In this document: positions 1-9,514 of the stretch, piece after piece | Position numbering within the stretch: the first letter of the stretch is position 1 | Layout of the letters: each line of letters opens with the position of its first letter | Assembly: GCA_050287085.1 (NCBI GenBank) | Contig: JBNKBE010000032.1 | Span: forward strand, 1 to 50,281 | Direction of reading: 5' to 3' | Length of the DNA stretch: 50,281 bases | Source of the DNA: Polyangiaceae bacterium | GTDB taxonomy: Bacteria > Myxococcota_A > Polyangia > Polyangiales > Polyangiaceae | Program-made: the position numbers and the translations under genes | The notes under the pieces: model-generated | The model's input: only the letters and a program-made list of their open reading frames with translations | Databases searched by the model: none | Told to the model about the DNA's origin: nothing

Positions 1-339
1 CGGCTCGTTTGGGAGCGGCCTTGGAGCGTGACGCCGCAGTGGGCATTGTTCGGGCGTGTTGGCATGGGGGTTGAAGCGCGTCATCGCGGGAGTCCGGCGG
101 CGAGTCTTGCTGCTGTGCCAACACGCGCCCGAGCCGCTTTCAGTTTGAGCCCCGAGCTCGGGGCTGGGCTCTCACGCCGTTGGAGCGAGCACCACGCCAT
201 CGCCTTGCTCGCCACCTTGGCCACCTACCTGACCCCACCGGAGTATCAGTTGGCTGACAGCTCGGGTCAGGTGGTCGCACGGCTAGCCTTCTACCGCTGG
301 CACGGGGGGCTCCGCCTGCTCTGGACTGCGTCGTTTTGA
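1..339 (+). CDS. Partial (5'-truncated) hypothetical protein, probably the C-terminus of an outer-membrane beta-barrel
   Basis: Frame is open from base 1 (RLVWERPWSVTPQW...) to TGA at 339. Alternating hydrophobic strands and a C-terminal aromatic signature (GLRLLWTASF). Confidence 0.55.
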   Translation, partial: RLVWERPWSVTPQWALFGRVGMGVEARHRGSPAASLAAVPTRARAAFSLSPELGAGLSRRWSEHHAIALLATLATYLTPPEYQLADSSGQVVARLAFYRWHGGLRLLWTASF

Positions 340-436
340 CTCGGTGGTTCGCGTTCGAGTCAAGCGCAGCGGTATTCCGTCAGAAAAATGTCGGTTGCCC
401 CTGACCGCTTTTTGGAAGTGGTCGCTCTATCCCCGC

Positions 437-1639
437 ATGCACCAGTCGCAGTCTGCTTCGTTGTTGTCGCCCATGCTCCGACGTCCCATTGCTTCGTCGG
501 GGGTTGGACGGGCGCGGCTCTCGCTTGGAACGCTTGCTTTCGTGGGCTTGCTGCTGGGGGGCTGCGCGGCCAAATCGGGTGACGACGAGTCCAAGGCCTC
601 AGCGGAAGACCGGGACGGAGGCGAGTCCTCTCAGGGCTCCCCGTCGGCAGGCGACAAGCCCCCGGCGGATGGGGCCGATGGGGATGAGCTCATCACAGAA
701 GACGACACTTCGGGTGAGCCGAGCTTGGCTGATGGCGGCGTGGGCGCCGCCCCAGTCGGTGGGGATGGCGGACTCTCTCCCGAAGAAGAGTTGGTTGATT
801 CCCTGCTCGGCGATCCCACCGCGGTCTTGCCCGGCGGGGGCTTCGTCGACATTGTCGAGGACGAGAACGGCGTTGTTCAGATCCTGTGTGGCACGGACAT
901 ATGCCAGTGTGCGGACGGAATCGACAACGACGGCGATGGCGAGACGGACAATCTGGACGGCGAGTGCACCAGTCCGTTTGACCACGACGAAGGCACCTTC
1001 GCCACGGGAGTGCCCGGCGATAACAGCGATCCCAACTGGCAGGATTGCTTCTTCGATGGCAACTCAGGCGCCGGCGACGACCGCTGCCGTTACCATACCG
1101 ACTGCATCACCGGTGATGCGGCACCCGATGACCAGCGCTGCCAGGTGGCCGACGAATGCGTCAAGTTCTGCGAGCCGTTGGCACCTCCCGGCTGCGATTG
1201 TTTCGGCTGCTGCGAGGTCCCATACGGCGAGGGCATCATCGGTATTCTCGTGAGTGAATCGTGTTCGCTCGACATGATTGAAGATACCGAGGCATGCCCG
1301 CGCTGCACTCCGAGTCCGCTCTGCAACAATGAGTGTGGCGAATGCGAAGTGTGTGTCGGAAAGGGGCTCCAGGATCTGCCGGACCACTGTTTCGAGCAGA
1401 CCCCACCGGATGACACGACGCCGCCGCCGGATGACACGACGCCGCCGCCGGATGACACGACGCCGCCGCCGGATGACACGACGCCACCGCCGGATGACAC
1501 GACGCCACCGCCGGATGGCACCGGTTCGCCTGGGAACGTTTGCGACGGTGGGGCAACAGCCTGTGTGGTTAGCAGCGACTGCGGGGCGTTTGCCTATTGC
1601 GCCTTCGGCTGTTGCCAAGCGCTACCGGTCATTCAGTAG
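437..1639 (+). CDS. Cys-rich acidic lipoprotein with DxDxDG Ca-binding-like motif and Pro/Asp/Thr repeat stalk (myxobacterial surface protein)
   Basis: Lipobox LLLGGC after a hydrophobic stretch; CQCADGIDNDGDG motif; many Cys; PPDDTTP repeats; C-terminal Cys cluster. Start uncertain: the ORF opens at 344, ATG 437 or 473 is more plausible. Confidence 0.75.
   Translation: MHQSQSASLLSPMLRRPIASSGVGRARLSLGTLAFVGLLLGGCAAKSGDDESKASAEDRDGGESSQGSPSAGDKPPADGADGDELITEDDTSGEPSLADGGVGAAPVGGDGGLSPEEELVDSLLGDPTAVLPGGGFVDIVEDENGVVQILCGTDICQCADGIDNDGDGETDNLDGECTSPFDHDEGTFATGVPGDNSDPNWQDCFFDGNSGAGDDRCRYHTDCITGDAAPDDQRCQVADECVKFCEPLAPPGCDCFGCCEVPYGEGIIGILVSESCSLDMIEDTEACPRCTPSPLCNNECGECEVCVGKGLQDLPDHCFEQTPPDDTTPPPDDTTPPPDDTTPPPDDTTPPPDDTTPPPDGTGSPGNVCDGGATACVVSSDCGAFAYCAFGCCQALPVIQ
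1406..1519 (+). repeat. Coding tandem repeat, 21-bp unit ccggatgacacgacgccrccg x5 plus a partial unit
   Basis: Directly visible; encodes (PDDTTPP)n; no spacers between units. Confidence 0.95.
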
Positions 1640-1680
1640 GCCCATGTGACGCCACGCGCGTGTCGCCGCTTCTGCGGCGC

Positions 1681-1736
1681 CGGCGCAGGGTGCCCTGCGC
1701 CGCGGACTGCCCTGCGCCGCGGACTGCCCTGCGCCG
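1681..1736. repeat. GC-rich hairpin whose right arm is tandemly repeated (17-bp unit tgccctgcgccgcggac x2.7), between convergent genes
   Basis: cggcgcaggg (1681-1690) is the reverse complement of ccctgcgccg, which recurs at a 17-bp period in 1691-1736. Possible terminator or REP-like element. Confidence 0.7.
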
Positions 1737-1752
1737 AGCATTGCTGCCCGCG

Positions 1753-4700
1753 TCAAGACGAGGCCATGGTCGGGTCGAGAGCCGCCTGCGTCTTGTGGGT
1801 TAGCCGGCGCAGCAGCACAAAGCCGCTGGGCACCACCAGCAAGGACAGCAAGGTGGAGACCGTGAGGCCACCGAGCACGATGGTGCCGACTCCGCGGTAG
1901 AGTTCGGAGCCACTGCCATCGCTGAGCACCATCGGCAACAACCCCGCGAGGGACGTCAGTGTGCTCATGAAGATGGGACGAATGCGCGCGCGAACCGCTT
2001 CGCCGGTGGCGACTTCCAGGGCTTCGCCGGCGCGCAAGCGTGCCAGCGCGCCATCGATGATCAGGATGGCGTTGTTGACCACGATGCCGAACAGGATCAG
2101 AAAGCCGAGGGCGGCCATGAGATCAAATGGCTGAGGCTCAAGCACTAGCTCAAAGAGTTTCAAGCCGAGAACTCCGCCGGCGGCCGCTAGCGGCACCGTG
2201 GTAAGCACGACGAGAGGGGCAAGAAAGTCCTCGTAGAGCGCCGCCAAGAGCAGGTAGAGGATGAGCAATGCAATCGCCAAGATCCCAGCAAATTGCTTCT
2301 GAGCAGCGGCCAGATCCCCGGCTGAGCCGCCCAGCTCGACGGTGATGTTCGCCGGAATGGCGCCTTCCTTCTGGAGCTTGTCCAGGTGCGCGCCGATCTT
2401 TTCGATGGCGACTTCCAACGGTGTGTCATCGGGGGGGGTGACTTGGAGTACCATCGCCCGATCCCGTTCCAGGCGTTTGATGACCGTGGGACCAAGCTCT
2501 TCTTTGATGTCTGCCAGCACTGAAAATGGCACTACTTCCCCGTTCGGGAGCGCAACTGGCGCCGTTAAGAGCGAGCCATCGTCGAATGCGGCGTCCGTTT
2601 CCGCATTGCGCAGCACGATGTCGAGCTTGCGTCTGCCTTCCTCGCCAAACTCGCCCAGAATAGTGCCGTCAACATAGCTGTCAGTGATCAGTCCGAGGTC
2701 CAGCGGCGTGAGCCCAACCCGAGCAAGTTCGTCTCTGCGCGGGAGCACGTGGAACTCTGGCGCGCCAAAATCGAGTACGGGGTCTGGGCGCACCTGGGCG
2801 CCGGATACCACTGTCCGCAGCTCTCCAAATAGCCGGCGGCTCACTTGTACGAGGGTACGTAGGTCAGCTCCTTTGAGTTCAACGCGCACGGCCCGGCCCT
2901 CGCCGATGCCGCGGGCAAAGAGTGCGGCCTGCGATGCAAAGGCGATCGCTCCCGGAATGCGTGCGTGTAGCGTGCGCATGTAGTCCCTGAGGGCGAGCAC
3001 CTCGTCCGGATCTTCCGCCACACCACCGACGAATAGTAGCCCCGGTGTACCTACGAAGAAGCTGCGCTGGACAGATGGAACGCCATCGACGCGCCTGTGC
3101 GTATGCGCCATCATTTCGGCTTGGTTCTCGAAGCCGATCTTCTTCAGCTCGGGAACGCTGGCTCCAGGGGGAGGCAACACGATACCGAAGATCAGATTGC
3201 GGTTGCCAGTCGGAAGGTATTCCATCTTGGGCAGCCAAGCGATAACCACCAGTGCGGACAAACCCAGCCCCAGCGCAACGGCTGACAGCGCGCGAAAACG
3301 GCTCACCGCAACCCACGTTGTAAGTTGCGTCACCCGGTCGCGGAATACCGCGGCCGCCCGTATCGGGCTCAGAAAGGCACGGCGATCCGGTGCTCGCTCA
3401 CTTGTTTCCGGTTCTGCCTTGGGACGCAGGACGCGCGCCGCGAAACTCGGGATGGCGAGCACCGCCACGAGAAGTGATATCGACACCGAGAGCGCAATGG
3501 CGTAGGCGATGTCGCGCAGCAGCTCTCCGACCTGCCCTTGCCAGGTCATGATCGGTATGAACACAGCCGCGGTAGTTGCCGTTGAAGCGAGCAGCGCTCC
3601 CCAGACCTCCACGATGCCATGGTACGCTGCTTCACGGGGCGTCGCGACCCGAGCGCGCCAGGTGTCAATATTCTCCAGCGCCACGATCGAGTTGTCGACC
3701 ACCATACCCACGGCGAAGGTGATGCCCGCGAGACTGACGACGTTGACGCTTCGGCCAATCAGCGCCATGCCTAGCGCTGTTACTGTCACACACAGCGGAA
3801 TGGCGAGCGCCACGATCAGGGAAGCTGCGAGACTGCGCAGGAAGAGCAGTAGGATCAAGGTGGCGAGGACCGCACCCAGGAGCAGGTTGTTCCGTACCTG
3901 CTCGAGCGCTTCATAGATATAGCCGCTTTGATCGTCGACCACTTCGAGGAGCAGGCCTTCCGGGGCAAAGCGTTCGCGATTGAGCCGCTCAACCTCAGCG
4001 TGGATGCGTTGGGTCAGCTCCAGCACGTTGGAACCTGCTTCGCGTCGCGGCAGTAGCGCAATCGACTCCCGATCGTTGCCGATTGCAAAGCCATCGGCGC
4101 GTCGCAAGCCTAGATGTACGCTTGCGACGTCTCGAAGGCGCACGACGCCCCCCTGTGGATCCGTCTTGACCACAAACTGCTCCAGGTCTTCGACATGGGG
4201 CGCAGCGGTCAAGGTGCGAGTCAGTATCGTCCGCTTGCCGATTTCGAGTTCACCTGCCGAAAGATGGCGCAGTTGACCCCGCAGTTGGGCTGCGATGCTG
4301 GGTATGGTCAATCCCCTGGCGGCCAGCGCGCCCGTGTCGAAGTCGATCTGCAACTCCGAGACCCGCCCACCTCTGATGAACGTGCTGGCGATGCCAGGAA
4401 TGCGTTCCAAGATGGGGACAATCTCCTCCTCGACCCAGGTCCGGTAAGGATCGACGGTCTTGCCATCAAGGTGCTTGACGAGCAATACAGCAAGAGGCGG
4501 GCCCGCCGCATTGGCCGTGCTGACGATCGGCTGCTCAGCACTTTCCGGATAGCGTGGCACTTGGCTGAGCTGATTGGTGACTCGAACCAGGGCCTGTTCC
4601 AGATTTGTTCCGACCTTGAATTCAAGCGTGATCTCCCCACTGCTCGATCGCGCCACCGATTCCATGGTGAGTAGGCCCGGCACTCGCTTGAGCACTTCCT

Positions 4701-4920
4701 CTTGAGGCTCCAGGAGCTCACTTTCAACCTCGATCGGCGCAGCGCCAGGCCACAGAGTGGTCACGGCAATAGTCGGCTGCGTGATATCCGGTGTGAGCTG
4801 GATGGGGAGGCGAAAGATCGACAAGACCCCGAAGAACACCGCCAAGATCAGAATCGCCGCCACGCTGACTGGGCGTGCGATGGCCCGACTGATCAGGCCG
4901 CTTTCTGGCTGTGTACTCAT
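1753..4920 (-). CDS. RND efflux transporter permease (AcrB/AcrD/AcrF family)
   Basis: 1055 aa; LPIQLTPDITQP N-terminal motif, WPGAAPIEVE, GMVVDNSIVALEN (TM4), RIRPIFMST (TM11). Confidence 0.95.
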   Translation of the reverse strand: MSTQPESGLISRAIARPVSVAAILILAVFFGVLSIFRLPIQLTPDITQPTIAVTTLWPGAAPIEVESELLEPQEEVLKRVPGLLTMESVARSSSGEITLEFKVGTNLEQALVRVTNQLSQVPRYPESAEQPIVSTANAAGPPLAVLLVKHLDGKTVDPYRTWVEEEIVPILERIPGIASTFIRGGRVSELQIDFDTGALAARGLTIPSIAAQLRGQLRHLSAGELEIGKRTILTRTLTAAPHVEDLEQFVVKTDPQGGVVRLRDVASVHLGLRRADGFAIGNDRESIALLPRREAGSNVLELTQRIHAEVERLNRERFAPEGLLLEVVDDQSGYIYEALEQVRNNLLLGAVLATLILLLFLRSLAASLIVALAIPLCVTVTALGMALIGRSVNVVSLAGITFAVGMVVDNSIVALENIDTWRARVATPREAAYHGIVEVWGALLASTATTAAVFIPIMTWQGQVGELLRDIAYAIALSVSISLLVAVLAIPSFAARVLRPKAEPETSERAPDRRAFLSPIRAAAVFRDRVTQLTTWVAVSRFRALSAVALGLGLSALVVIAWLPKMEYLPTGNRNLIFGIVLPPPGASVPELKKIGFENQAEMMAHTHRRVDGVPSVQRSFFVGTPGLLFVGGVAEDPDEVLALRDYMRTLHARIPGAIAFASQAALFARGIGEGRAVRVELKGADLRTLVQVSRRLFGELRTVVSGAQVRPDPVLDFGAPEFHVLPRRDELARVGLTPLDLGLITDSYVDGTILGEFGEEGRRKLDIVLRNAETDAAFDDGSLLTAPVALPNGEVVPFSVLADIKEELGPTVIKRLERDRAMVLQVTPPDDTPLEVAIEKIGAHLDKLQKEGAIPANITVELGGSAGDLAAAQKQFAGILAIALLILYLLLAALYEDFLAPLVVLTTVPLAAAGGVLGLKLFELVLEPQPFDLMAALGFLILFGIVVNNAILIIDGALARLRAGEALEVATGEAVRARIRPIFMSTLTSLAGLLPMVLSDGSGSELYRGVGTIVLGGLTVSTLLSLLVVPSGFVLLRRLTHKTQAALDPTMASS

Positions 4921-6122
4921 GGCGTGGGTTCGACGTTCGCGCCTTGTTGCGCAGGGGCGTCTCCGCCGAAGGTGCCGGTGGTTGACAGCAGCTGTCCAGG
5001 GCGCAGGCGCTCATTGCCTTTGGTGACCACTTCGTCGCCGAGCGAGAGCTCACCCTTGATCAGTGCGTGACTCTTGTTGTGTGCTAGCACTTCGACTTGC
5101 ACCGGCTCGGCCTTGCCGTCCTTGACGCGCACGACCCGTATACCCGCAACGCCGCGCACGAGCGCGTCGCGGTGCACGACCATACCCCCGCCGCGCATCA
5201 ACGCGAAGACCACGTCTACGGTGGCCCCAGCGCGGAGCCAATCGTGTCGTTCGCTCGGGATGACGCGCAGCAGCGCTGTTCGGGTTTGGCGGTCGAGGGC
5301 GTCGACCACACCGGATAGTTCGCTCGGCACGCTGTGGCCGTTGCCCTGTAGAGTGATGGTCGCGATCGACCTGCGCTCATTCAACAGCGGCTCTGGCACT
5401 CGTACCAACACGAAGACTGCGGCGTCCGTCACGAGTTCGAGTGCCAGCTGTCCGCTTCCGAGCCAATCGCCCGGATCGACCGCTCGCGCTGCTACCGTAC
5501 CGTCAAATGGCGCGAAGATTTGCAGCTGTCGCAAGCGCTCTTGTTGGAGGTGCGTGGCGGCTTGGGCGCTCTTGTTGGCGGCGTCCAAACGAGCCGCCTC
5601 ATCGGACTCGCGGGTTGCTTCCAGGTTCGAAACGAGCTGTCCGTCGGCGAGCTCGCGATAGCGCTCGGCCTCGAGGCTTGCTTGGGCTTGCTGCAGGGCA
5701 AGTTCATGCTCTGCGGCTTGCGCTCGGGCGAGCTCTGCTCGGGCAACCCGATCATCAAGGGAGACCAAGGTATCACCCCGGCGAACGCGCTGTCCTTCTA
5801 CGACGCGCACGCTACGCACGCGCCCGGGAAGTTCCGCGCGGACTTCGGCGCGGCCTTCTGCAAAAACCTCGCCGAGGAAGCGCTCCTCGATCATGAGTTC
5901 CGTGGCATTGAGCCGGCTCGTCACCACGGCGGCTGGTTGGGCCTGGGGTGCTGCCGCAACCTGAGCCGTGGGATCACTTTTGCAGGCCGCGGTGCTCAGC
6001 AGGAGCGTCACAGCAACGGCGGCAGGGCGCTTCAGACTCGCTCCCAGGAAAGAGCGGCGACGAGGCGACAACGCAAGAACACGCACGCGGGCATTTCTCG
6101 GGCCAAACGAGCCCCCTGGCAA
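4917..6122 (-). CDS. RND periplasmic adaptor (membrane fusion protein)
   Basis: Lipobox-like STAAC; lipoyl halves (GRVRSVRVVEGQRVRRGD, IFAPFDGTV); alpha hairpin; 4-bp overlap with the RND start. Exact start uncertain. Confidence 0.92.
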   Translation of the reverse strand: MPGGSFGPRNARVRVLALSPRRRSFLGASLKRPAAVAVTLLLSTAACKSDPTAQVAAAPQAQPAAVVTSRLNATELMIEERFLGEVFAEGRAEVRAELPGRVRSVRVVEGQRVRRGDTLVSLDDRVARAELARAQAAEHELALQQAQASLEAERYRELADGQLVSNLEATRESDEAARLDAANKSAQAATHLQQERLRQLQIFAPFDGTVAARAVDPGDWLGSGQLALELVTDAAVFVLVRVPEPLLNERRSIATITLQGNGHSVPSELSGVVDALDRQTRTALLRVIPSERHDWLRAGATVDVVFALMRGGGMVVHRDALVRGVAGIRVVRVKDGKAEPVQVEVLAHNKSHALIKGELSLGDEVVTKGNERLRPGQLLSTTGTFGGDAPAQQGANVEPTP

Positions 6123-6195
6123 GCGATGGTGAGCGCCTCACGGGCCGTTCGCCCGACGGAATCGCCGTGGCGGACCGGCTTGCGTGTCTACGCCG

Positions 6196-7077
6196 CTACC
6201 CGTGGCGCGACTCTGGCGCCGCGGGCCGAATGATGCTCTCGCGAGTTGGCGCTGGCGCAGCTTGAGCCGTGTTTTCCGCCACCAGGTGCTTTGCTTGTTT
6301 AACCCACTCTTCCCGAACGATCCTGCCTTTGAACCCCTCCAAATGACGGCCTACGTACTCCAGGTCATCGGGCGTCCAGTCAGCGATCTGGCGGAAATAG
6401 TAGATGCCTAAGTCATTGAGGGTGCGTTCCAGCTTGGTCCCAATCCCGCTGATCCGTGTCAACGGATCTGGTTGTCCCGACGGGGCTATCGACTCCGTGG
6501 CTGAGGGTATGGACGCGGGCTCCTGCGCCATCTGGGCCTGCAAGTCGCGTACGGCTTGAGCTAGGCGGTCGACATCTGAGGACGAGGGGAGTCGGGACTC
6601 CAATGCGTTCAGGCGCTCCAGCACCTCCGTGCTTCCCGATGCTGGTGCCACGGGCGGGCGCGACGCGCGCACCAGCGTTGACTCCATTCGCGACATACGA
6701 TCGCTCAGTGCGTCTAGGTGGCCAGGCCGCGGGAGGCTCGACTTGAGCGCTTCCATACGCGTTGAAAGCTTGGCCAGCTCAGGTAGCGCCTCGTTCACTT
6801 TGTCCGGTATTTGGGACAACTGTTTGGTCACAGCGGCGGCGAGCGCGGTGTTGTCCCTCTTGAGATCTTCGATCTGCGTCTTCAGCTCTCCCAGGTCAAG
6901 AGCGGACGGCGTTGCGATTCGTTGGGTCTCCACGTCTCGTCCGGCACTCTGTTTGAGAGTTTGATATTCCTGAGTCACGTCGGTGAATTGGCGACGCAGC
7001 CACCAGTGGCTGAGCGCGGCGCCGAGCAGAGCCGCTAGCACCAACAAGACGGCCATCTCTGCAAGCAAGTATCCCAT
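6196..7077 (-). CDS. Membrane-anchored coiled-coil protein with C-terminal helix-hairpin-helix-like (COG3743-type) domain
   Basis: N-terminal TM helix, central coiled coil, C-terminal DPLTRISGIGTKLERTLNDLGIYYFRQIADWT...GRIVREEWVKQA motif. Confidence 0.75.
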   Translation of the reverse strand: MGYLLAEMAVLLVLAALLGAALSHWWLRRQFTDVTQEYQTLKQSAGRDVETQRIATPSALDLGELKTQIEDLKRDNTALAAAVTKQLSQIPDKVNEALPELAKLSTRMEALKSSLPRPGHLDALSDRMSRMESTLVRASRPPVAPASGSTEVLERLNALESRLPSSSDVDRLAQAVRDLQAQMAQEPASIPSATESIAPSGQPDPLTRISGIGTKLERTLNDLGIYYFRQIADWTPDDLEYVGRHLEGFKGRIVREEWVKQAKHLVAENTAQAAPAPTRESIIRPAAPESRHG

Positions 7078-7094
7078 TCCATGTCTCCAAAGTG

Positions 7095-8447
7095 CTATTC
7101 AGCGGCCGCGGTCCGACCTGGGGCGCTATCCGTCGTGGCTGGCTCGGTATCGTTGTGGTGGGCTATAGCCGGCTTCGATGGCGCGGACGGGCTGGCCATG
7201 TGTACTTCGATCCGCCGGTTCCGGGCTCGACCTCTTGCCGTTGCGTTCGACGTCAATGGCTCGTCCGGGCCGAGGCCTACGGCCTGTAGTCGATCCGCGG
7301 CTATTCCGCGCTGCGTTAGCGCGCGAACGACGGCGTCAGCTCGCTGGTGGCTGAGGGTGATGTTCTCGTCGCGTGTACCGCTTGCATCGGTGTGCCCTTC
7401 TATTCGGAATGCTCCGGGGCAGTCGCTCATTTCCTTGGCGAGCAGGTCGAGGGTCAAGCGACTGCTGCCCAAGAAGTGCTCGCTGCCCGGTTTGAAGCGG
7501 ATCTGAGACTGCTTCATCGCAAGGGCAAAAGCTGTCTCGCAGCGCTTGATGTCTTCCAGGGGCACTAGCCGGACGGTTCCGACCTGCACTGCGCCAAGGT
7601 CGCTTGAGGTCAGGCTTTGAGCGTCTGAAAGCTTGCTCTTCGGCAGCTGACAGTCGACGGATAAGACCCCTTCGATCAGGTCGACCTCGCCCGTCGTGCA
7701 GTGCGCGATCAGCGTGGCCACGCGCTCCGCCGCTTCTGTCCAACCGGGTACAGCGGGCGTAGCAGATACTTCGAGTTCGTCAGTGATCTGGATATCCGGC
7801 GCGGCTTGACGCAGCTTTTCGCTCAGGGCCTGACGGGCCGCAGGTCCTGGCGCTTCACCACGCAGCACTGTGCCTTTGGCGCTGCGCAAGGCCTGCAGTG
7901 GAAGCCATCGCGCGGGTTCGACTGGCGCTGCGCTCGGGGCGGGGATAGCGGCTTGCGGCGCGGGGTCTTCGCCGGCCAGGGCTTGCCCGGCGCTCGGGGC
8001 GGCCGCTTCACTGGCGGGCGACGGAAGCGGGCTGGCTGCTGGGGGCTGGTTGGGCGCAACGGTCAACGCCAACGTCACTTCGCGAGCGCATGGCAGCGCG
8101 CCGAGCCAGGTGTCGCAGGTAGCCGCTCTCACAGCGCGCCCGAGACGTTGGCCTTCGGCGGGGTCCGCGACAAGGCCGCTCAAGAGCACCCGCTGTCCGG
8201 TGACACGCACCGCCACGTCGGGGCGCTTCTCGGCTGCGAGCACCCGGCTGACTCCGTTCTTCACCTCGGATTCCAGCTCATGCGCAAAGGTGCCGACCGA
8301 ATAGGCCAAGAGTGCGAGCAGACCGGCGCTTGGAAGCGCCCCGCGCCACAGAAAAGGTACGCCGGGTTTGGCGGGGCGTACGCAGTGTGGGATCGGCATA
8401 GCGCCGTCGCGATGGCGAGTCGGTGTCGCGGCGCTGTTCCGTGCCAT
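7095..8447 (-). CDS. BON-like + OmpA-like peptidoglycan-binding domain protein (ArfA/Rv0899-like architecture)
   Basis: N-terminal TM; BON-like segments (VAVRVTGQRVLLSGLV, TVLRGEAP...ITDELEV); OmpA C-domain IRF..GS, IEGHTDASG, N..LSHQRADAV, RARNRRIE. Confidence 0.85.
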   Translation of the reverse strand: MARNSAATPTRHRDGAMPIPHCVRPAKPGVPFLWRGALPSAGLLALLAYSVGTFAHELESEVKNGVSRVLAAEKRPDVAVRVTGQRVLLSGLVADPAEGQRLGRAVRAATCDTWLGALPCAREVTLALTVAPNQPPAASPLPSPASEAAAPSAGQALAGEDPAPQAAIPAPSAAPVEPARWLPLQALRSAKGTVLRGEAPGPAARQALSEKLRQAAPDIQITDELEVSATPAVPGWTEAAERVATLIAHCTTGEVDLIEGVLSVDCQLPKSKLSDAQSLTSSDLGAVQVGTVRLVPLEDIKRCETAFALAMKQSQIRFKPGSEHFLGSSRLTLDLLAKEMSDCPGAFRIEGHTDASGTRDENITLSHQRADAVVRALTQRGIAADRLQAVGLGPDEPLTSNATARGRARNRRIEVHMASPSAPSKPAIAHHNDTEPATTDSAPGRTAAAE

Positions 8448-8680
8448 GGTTGAACAGTATCGAGCCCGTTGCCGCGGGCCTAGCTCAAAAGTGGCGTATA
8501 TCTGGTCGTATGATCAGTGGTTGCAGCCCCGAGGGAAGTTGCTGCACTTGTGAAAACGTCAGCTGTTCGCTTTCGGCGCGATGACGTGGTCTGGCGTTAT
8601 TCCTGGTCCAGCGACGGGTTCTGAGACCGAGGTGGGGGCAACTCTCTGTCGCAAAGGCGGCTCCAGCCCCTCCGCGGGCT

Positions 8681-9256
8681 CTAGGACATGGAATGGGGCT
8701 CGGGAATGGATTCGATGAGCGCGCTGAAATGGGCCGCCACAATGCCTGGCTCATGCAGAGCGTGGCTTAGGAGACTGGCCCCCTGCATTGCGGCGTAGAG
8801 TGTTTGGCTGCGCGCGGCTGCGGGCTTCGGGGCGCAACCCAGTTGCTCGAACTGCAGGGTCAGCCACTCAAGCTGGCTCTCGATCAGACGACTCGCCGCC
8901 TGGCCCAGCGGCGAGGGCTGTTTCGCAAGCTCTTGTGCCAGCGTTCCGAAGGGGCAGCCGTAACGCGCGACGTCGTCTGGATGGCGTCCGCTCTCGGCAA
9001 TGAAGCCAGCCAGACGTTCGCTGGGTGTTGCGAGTTCGTTGAGCCGGTCTAGCTTGTCGTCGATGTCATATTGCCGGGAGGTGATGACGGCTGCCGCGAG
9101 CTCCTCTTTGGTTCTGAAGTAGTAGTAGACGTTTCCCAGCGGCACATTGGCGCGGGCGGCAAGATCGGCAAGAGTGGTTCCGCGGAGACCCTGCTCGTGG
9201 ATAGCCGCACGCCCTGCCTCTAGCAGTCGTTCTCGCTTGTCCGACCCCCGTGTCAT
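8681..9256 (-). CDS. TetR/AcrR family transcriptional regulator
   Basis: N-terminal HTH (GTTLADLAARANVPLGNVYYYFRTKEEL); GCPFG motif in the C-terminal domain. Confidence 0.95.
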   Translation of the reverse strand: MTRGSDKRERLLEAGRAAIHEQGLRGTTLADLAARANVPLGNVYYYFRTKEELAAAVITSRQYDIDDKLDRLNELATPSERLAGFIAESGRHPDDVARYGCPFGTLAQELAKQPSPLGQAASRLIESQLEWLTLQFEQLGCAPKPAAARSQTLYAAMQGASLLSHALHEPGIVAAHFSALIESIPEPHSMS

Positions 9257-9258
9257 TT

Positions 9259-9293
9259 AGTTAGAGTTCTAACTTTGCCCAGCGATCTGTCAA
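9259..9293 (-). promoter_or_regulatory. tetR promoter (TTGACA-16 nt-TAGAAC) overlapped by a palindromic operator AGTTAGA-GT-TCTAACT (9259-9274)
   Basis: Minus strand reads TTGACA gatcgctgggcaaagt TAGAAC tctaactaa ATG. The 7-bp perfect inverted repeat ends 2 nt from the start codon. Confidence 0.7.
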
Positions 9294-9514
9294 GTCCGCA
9301 AATTTAGGCACGTCGTGGGGCAGAGCCGCGACTCGTGCATCCGAAAATGGGACAGGGGGCCCCCCGAGGGAGTGCCCTTGCGGGTCTTTTAACTCCTTGG
9401 TTGCACGGGTTCGCCAAAGCCCGCTACGCTTGTTGAGTGAGCTGGGTTCGGGAGCGCCCCCCCGGGGTGCTCCGGTCAGGGGCCTCACACAATGTGTCTG
9501 TTGTTGCCGTCGCC

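Noticed and set aside
1406..1519. Possible CRISPR array
   Set aside because: The units are contiguous 21-mers with no unique spacers, lie in frame within a CDS, and no cas genes are present.
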